In this document: positions 60,986 through 64,000 of the stretch, piece after piece
Position numbering within the stretch: position 1 is the stretch's first letter
How the letters are laid out: each line of letters opens with the position of its first letter
Origin: a virus
IMG/VR virus record: IMGVR_UViG_3300014501_000003
Span: 1 to 64,000 of that record
DNA: 64,000 bases
Reading direction: 5' to 3' (one strand)
The notes under the pieces: model-generated
What the model was told of the DNA's origin: nothing
Databases searched by the model: none
The model's input: only the letters and a program-made list of their open reading frames with translations
Position numbers and translations under genes: made by a program

Positions 60986-61492
60986 ATGTCTTGGCAAGAC
61001 AAGGTCATTGCGCCCGGCACCGTGCTCGATCACTGGACCGTGATTGGTCTTTCCAGCGAGAGGCATCGTCGCTATCGCATGTACATGTGCCGCTGCGTGT
61101 GCGGCACCGAACGCGTGGTGCGGAGCGATCAGTTGCTAGCGGGGCGGTCCCGCAGTTGCGGCTGCAAACGTCCGGCCGAGCGCAAGCGGCGCGCTCTCAG
61201 CGGGCCGAGCCTGCGAAGCCATTCCCTCTACAAGACTTGGTCTGATATGCGCTATCGGTGCCAGAACCCGAAGCACAAGAGCTACGCCTACTACGGCGGG
61301 CGCGGGATCACGGTGTGCGATCGGTGGCAGGTCTTCGCCAACTTCCTAGCCGATATGGGCGAGCGGCCGGAGGGCCTGACGCTGGATCGCCGCGACAACG
61401 ACGGCCCCTACTCGCCCGAGAACTGCCGATGGGCGACGCGGAAGGAACAGGCCGGAAATCGGCGCTCGCCCGAGATGCGCGGGCGCCGATAG
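60986..61492 (+). CDS. Zn-ribbon + HNH_3-like homing-endonuclease-like protein, paralogue C, 168 aa
   Basis: [56 protein letters not shown]. Confidence 0.8.
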   Translation: MSWQDKVIAPGTVLDHWTVIGLSSERHRRYRMYMCRCVCGTERVVRSDQLLAGRSRSCGCKRPAERKRRALSGPSLRSHSLYKTWSDMRYRCQNPKHKSYAYYGGRGITVCDRWQVFANFLADMGERPEGLTLDRRDNDGPYSPENCRWATRKEQAGNRRSPEMRGRR

Positions 61493-61699
61493 GTGGAGTA
61501 CGTCTGGCTGGACGACATCGCGCCCGAGGTCGAGGTCGACTATGAGCACCACGCGCGGTGCGAGCGCGAGGTCATCGGCCCCGCGCTGGAACGTCTCGGC
61601 TACAGGCTCAGCGGGCCGTGGTTCACGGGTGACGGCGATTCGTTCGGGCCGCTGACCCGCTGCATCCGCACGGACAAGGTCATCGTCGTCTATGGCTGA
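61493..61699 (+). CDS. Hypothetical protein, 68 aa
   Basis: Track ORF with GTG directly after the upstream TAG. Confidence 0.6.
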   Translation: MEYVWLDDIAPEVEVDYEHHARCEREVIGPALERLGYRLSGPWFTGDGDSFGPLTRCIRTDKVIVVYG

Positions 61700-61781
61700 C
61701 AGCGCACATGGCGCGCGGTGGGACTAACTGCGTGTCGAGGCTTTGACGGTGCCTCAGCCGTAAGTGGGATGCTTTGGGGCG

Positions 61782-61994
61782 ATGAGCCTTGCCATAGCGC
61801 TGATCGACGCCGCGACCAACTGCGAGCGGGACGGCGCGAGCGCGCTCCTGACGCTGCGCTCGGGGCGCGAGATCAGCGGCAAGTTGGACAAGCGGGTCGG
61901 CGGCTCGCTCACGGTGCACGTCAAACTCAGCGACGGCGGATGGAGCGCGGTGCTGGTCGATGAGATCGCGGCCGTCACGGCGGTCCCGGCATGA
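61782..61994 (+). CDS. Hypothetical protein, 70 aa
   Basis: Internal ATG 61782 of track ORF 61764..61994. Confidence 0.6.
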   Translation: MSLAIALIDAATNCERDGASALLTLRSGREISGKLDKRVGGSLTVHVKLSDGGWSAVLVDEIAAVTAVPA

Positions 61995-62284
61995 GCGTGA
62001 GTCGGCACATCCCCGATCGGTGCGTGACCTTCAAGTACGTTGCGGGCAGCCCCGATCAGCACAACCCGCGCATCGATCGAGTCGTTCGGAGGCCGCCGGG
62101 CCGTGTCCGCCGACTGCTGCGCCTTCGCCCGCGGGTGTTCGTCCTTCGCGGCGTCCCAACGCCGGGCGCGGAACTCCGCAACCTTCTCGGCGCACCGCTG
62201 CCGCGCTCTGGTGACGAAATCCTGTGCAACGTGATCGTTCCGCCCCGCTCCAGTGCGGGCTCGAACACGATTAGCCTCTGCTAG
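61991..62284 (+). CDS. Doubtful ORF, 97 aa
   Basis: ATGA-coupled to the previous gene, but its second half is Arg-rich. The antisense frame looks equally protein-like. Confidence 0.3.
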   Translation: MSVSRHIPDRCVTFKYVAGSPDQHNPRIDRVVRRPPGRVRRLLRLRPRVFVLRGVPTPGAELRNLLGAPLPRSGDEILCNVIVPPRSSAGSNTISLC

Positions 62285-63597
62285 GCCGCGACCTTCGACC
62301 GCTTACCTTTCTTGGAGCGCGCCTCCAACTGGAGTCGCAGCGTCGAAGCCTTGGTCGAGCGGATCGGCTCGCCGTCTTCTGCTGAGCGGGTGCCGTCGGC
62401 AGCGAGCGCGGTTTCGGTCGACTCGGACTCGGCGGCGTCTTCGGCGATCAGTTCGGCCGGGTCGTAGCCCGCCGCTTCGAGAACACCGTGGATCGACTTC
62501 GCGGCCTCGACGAGCTGGCCCTGGTGGGCCTTGGAGAGCACCTTGCCGGCGCGCTCCTCGTGGCCCTGGAGGATCGCCAGAATGTCCGCCAGCTCCTCCG
62601 CAGACATGCGTCCGGCGCGCAGGTCGACCTCGAAGCGCCGCAGGCGCGCGCGGGACTCGACGGGCATCTCGAGCGCCATGCGCCGGGCGATCTCAAGGCT
62701 TGTGCTTGGCGAGCAGGGGTATGTAACCCCAGAGACATCGAGCAGGTCGTCGAGGCCGTACACGTCGCGGGTTTCCAGGCCGTCGGATATGCCCCACTTG
62801 TCGCGGCCCACGATCATGCCGACGCTCATCTGTGTCATGTCTTTTCGCTCGACCGCGATTGCGAAGTCGTTCGCGAGCTGCTGGCGGGCGTCGAGCGTCG
62901 CCTCGAACGTCAACGCCTGCGGCGTGTCGAGAAGCTGGAGAGTGCCAGCGGTCGTGCGCGCCATCGCGAGCCCTTCGTGGTTCAGCAGCAGCCGGCAGTC
63001 CACGCCGCGCTTGAGCACGTCCGATGCGCAGCCGGGGTGCATCCGCTCCTCGAACTCGCCGAAAGCGTCGCGGACGATGTACGGCGCGTCGTAGACGATC
63101 GGCTGGCCGGTGATCTTGAGCTCGTTGGTGTTGGACGCCTCGCGGACCTCGAGACTCGCGAGGTCGAAGTGGCGCAGCTCGCGACCAAGCGGCACCGCGC
63201 GCCGACGTTCCTTGCGCCGGCGAGTGGTCTGCGTGTCGGCGGCGGACTTGCTTTCCACCGGCTTGTAGGTGTGGTGGACCTGGACCTCCTGCGGCTTGCC
63301 CAGCTTGACGCTCCCGTCATCCTGCACCGTGTAGGGCACCTGGAAGGTCTTGCCGCCCGATTCGTAGGTCGCGGTGTCGTCGTCGAAGTCGCGCAGGTAG
63401 GCGCTGAGCTTGCCCGCGTCCGGCAGGTCCCGGATCGCCGCTTCGATGGCGTGCACCGTGTCCGCGTGGCTCGGCCCGCTTCGGTGCTCGGCGTCCCACG
63501 CCGCTGCGCGCTCCTCAGTCTCGGCGTTCTCCGGCACGACCTCATCGGCGCGCTGCTCCTCCTCGGCGTCGGCCAGCGTCTGCTCATCGGTGTCCAC
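62281..63597 (-). CDS. HK97-family prohead protease with N- and C-terminal extensions, 438 aa
   Basis: ITGQPIVYDAPYIV, VDCRLLLNHEGLAMARTTAGTLQLLD and LTFEATL. AGGAGG precedes GTG 63597. Confidence 0.9.
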   Translation of the reverse strand: MDTDEQTLADAEEEQRADEVVPENAETEERAAAWDAEHRSGPSHADTVHAIEAAIRDLPDAGKLSAYLRDFDDDTATYESGGKTFQVPYTVQDDGSVKLGKPQEVQVHHTYKPVESKSAADTQTTRRRKERRRAVPLGRELRHFDLASLEVREASNTNELKITGQPIVYDAPYIVRDAFGEFEERMHPGCASDVLKRGVDCRLLLNHEGLAMARTTAGTLQLLDTPQALTFEATLDARQQLANDFAIAVERKDMTQMSVGMIVGRDKWGISDGLETRDVYGLDDLLDVSGVTYPCSPSTSLEIARRMALEMPVESRARLRRFEVDLRAGRMSAEELADILAILQGHEERAGKVLSKAHQGQLVEAAKSIHGVLEAAGYDPAELIAEDAAESESTETALAADGTRSAEDGEPIRSTKASTLRLQLEARSKKGKRSKVAA

Positions 63598-63615
63598 GGT
63601 GACCTCCTGGGGTCG

Positions 63616-64000
63616 TCACGACTTCTTGAGCGCCTTGGCTGCAGCCTTGGCGTCTTTCTTAGGTTTGTCGTCGCCGGGCGGCTCGACATACTGGAACGTC
63701 ACCGGGCACACTTCGATGATCTCCGGGCCGAACTCCACGCGGTCGTCGAAGCAGAAGAACGCGCCGAGGTGCTTGAGCGCCTTCGCCTTCCCTGCGCCAT
63801 CTTCCTTGGGGTCCACGATCACGATCTCGTCGTAGGGCACACCCAGCTCGGCGAGCAGCGTTTCGCGTGTGTGCTTCGGGCCGTGGCCGGTGAGGATCAC
63901 GACATGATCCCCGAGCGCTTTGATCGCTTCGGCGAGCCGGCGGAACTGCGCCGGGGCCGCGGTGATCGTGTCGTCCACGTCCATCACGAACGTGTAGGGC
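63616..64000 (-). CDS. HAD-superfamily hydrolase-like protein, 5' end probably beyond the window
   Basis: FVMDVDDTIT is a DxDxT motif I, and the frame is open to the window edge. FCFDDR could be motif IV. Confidence 0.65.
   Translation of the reverse strand, partial: PYTFVMDVDDTITAAPAQFRRLAEAIKALGDHVVILTGHGPKHTRETLLAELGVPYDEIVIVDPKEDGAGKAKALKHLGAFFCFDDRVEFGPEIIEVCPVTFQYVEPPGDDKPKKDAKAAAKALKKS

Noticed and set aside
61995-62280. Minus-strand frame encoding DHVAQDFVTRARQRCAEKVAEFRARRWDAAKDEH...
   Set aside because: It looks protein-like, but it has no canonical start before GTG 62062, and downstream it runs antisense through a good plus-strand gene. Its third codon positions coincide with those of the plus frame, so GC3 cannot decide. 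Left unresolved; the plus ORF is listed at low confidence.

Overview
High-GC tailed-phage or prophage DNA, with no recognisable host genes; I saw no rRNA, tRNA or CRISPR array, by eye only. Nearly all genes are on the minus strand. Right to left:
- **Head:** a HAD-like gene, an HK97-type prohead protease, and two tandem HK97-fold capsid paralogues.
- **Accessory block (~10 kb), inside the late operon:** five GT-A glycosyltransferases, an FkbM-type methyltransferase and a triplicated unknown family.
- **Tail:** head-tail connectors, major tail protein, tail chaperone with a -1 frameshift site, tape measure, Dit/Tal-like proteins and fibres.
- **Plus-strand island:** secreted proteins behind a near-consensus promoter.
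- **Lysis region:** five different wall hydrolases plus membrane proteins.
- **Early operon:** leaderless, about 40 small genes chained by ATGA/GTGA overlaps, including a Cro-like HTH, a RecB-like nuclease, an SNF2-methyltransferase fusion and a catalytic-domain-only tyrosine recombinase.

Eight HNH/EndoVII-type nuclease genes are scattered through the window, and several sit on the opposite strand with their own -10 boxes. The most unusual points are the capsid duplication, the glycosylation-type island with its VEHD paralogues and a deletion scar, and the plus-strand secreted-protein island. All functions are inferred from motifs read by eye, and start codons are my own choices.
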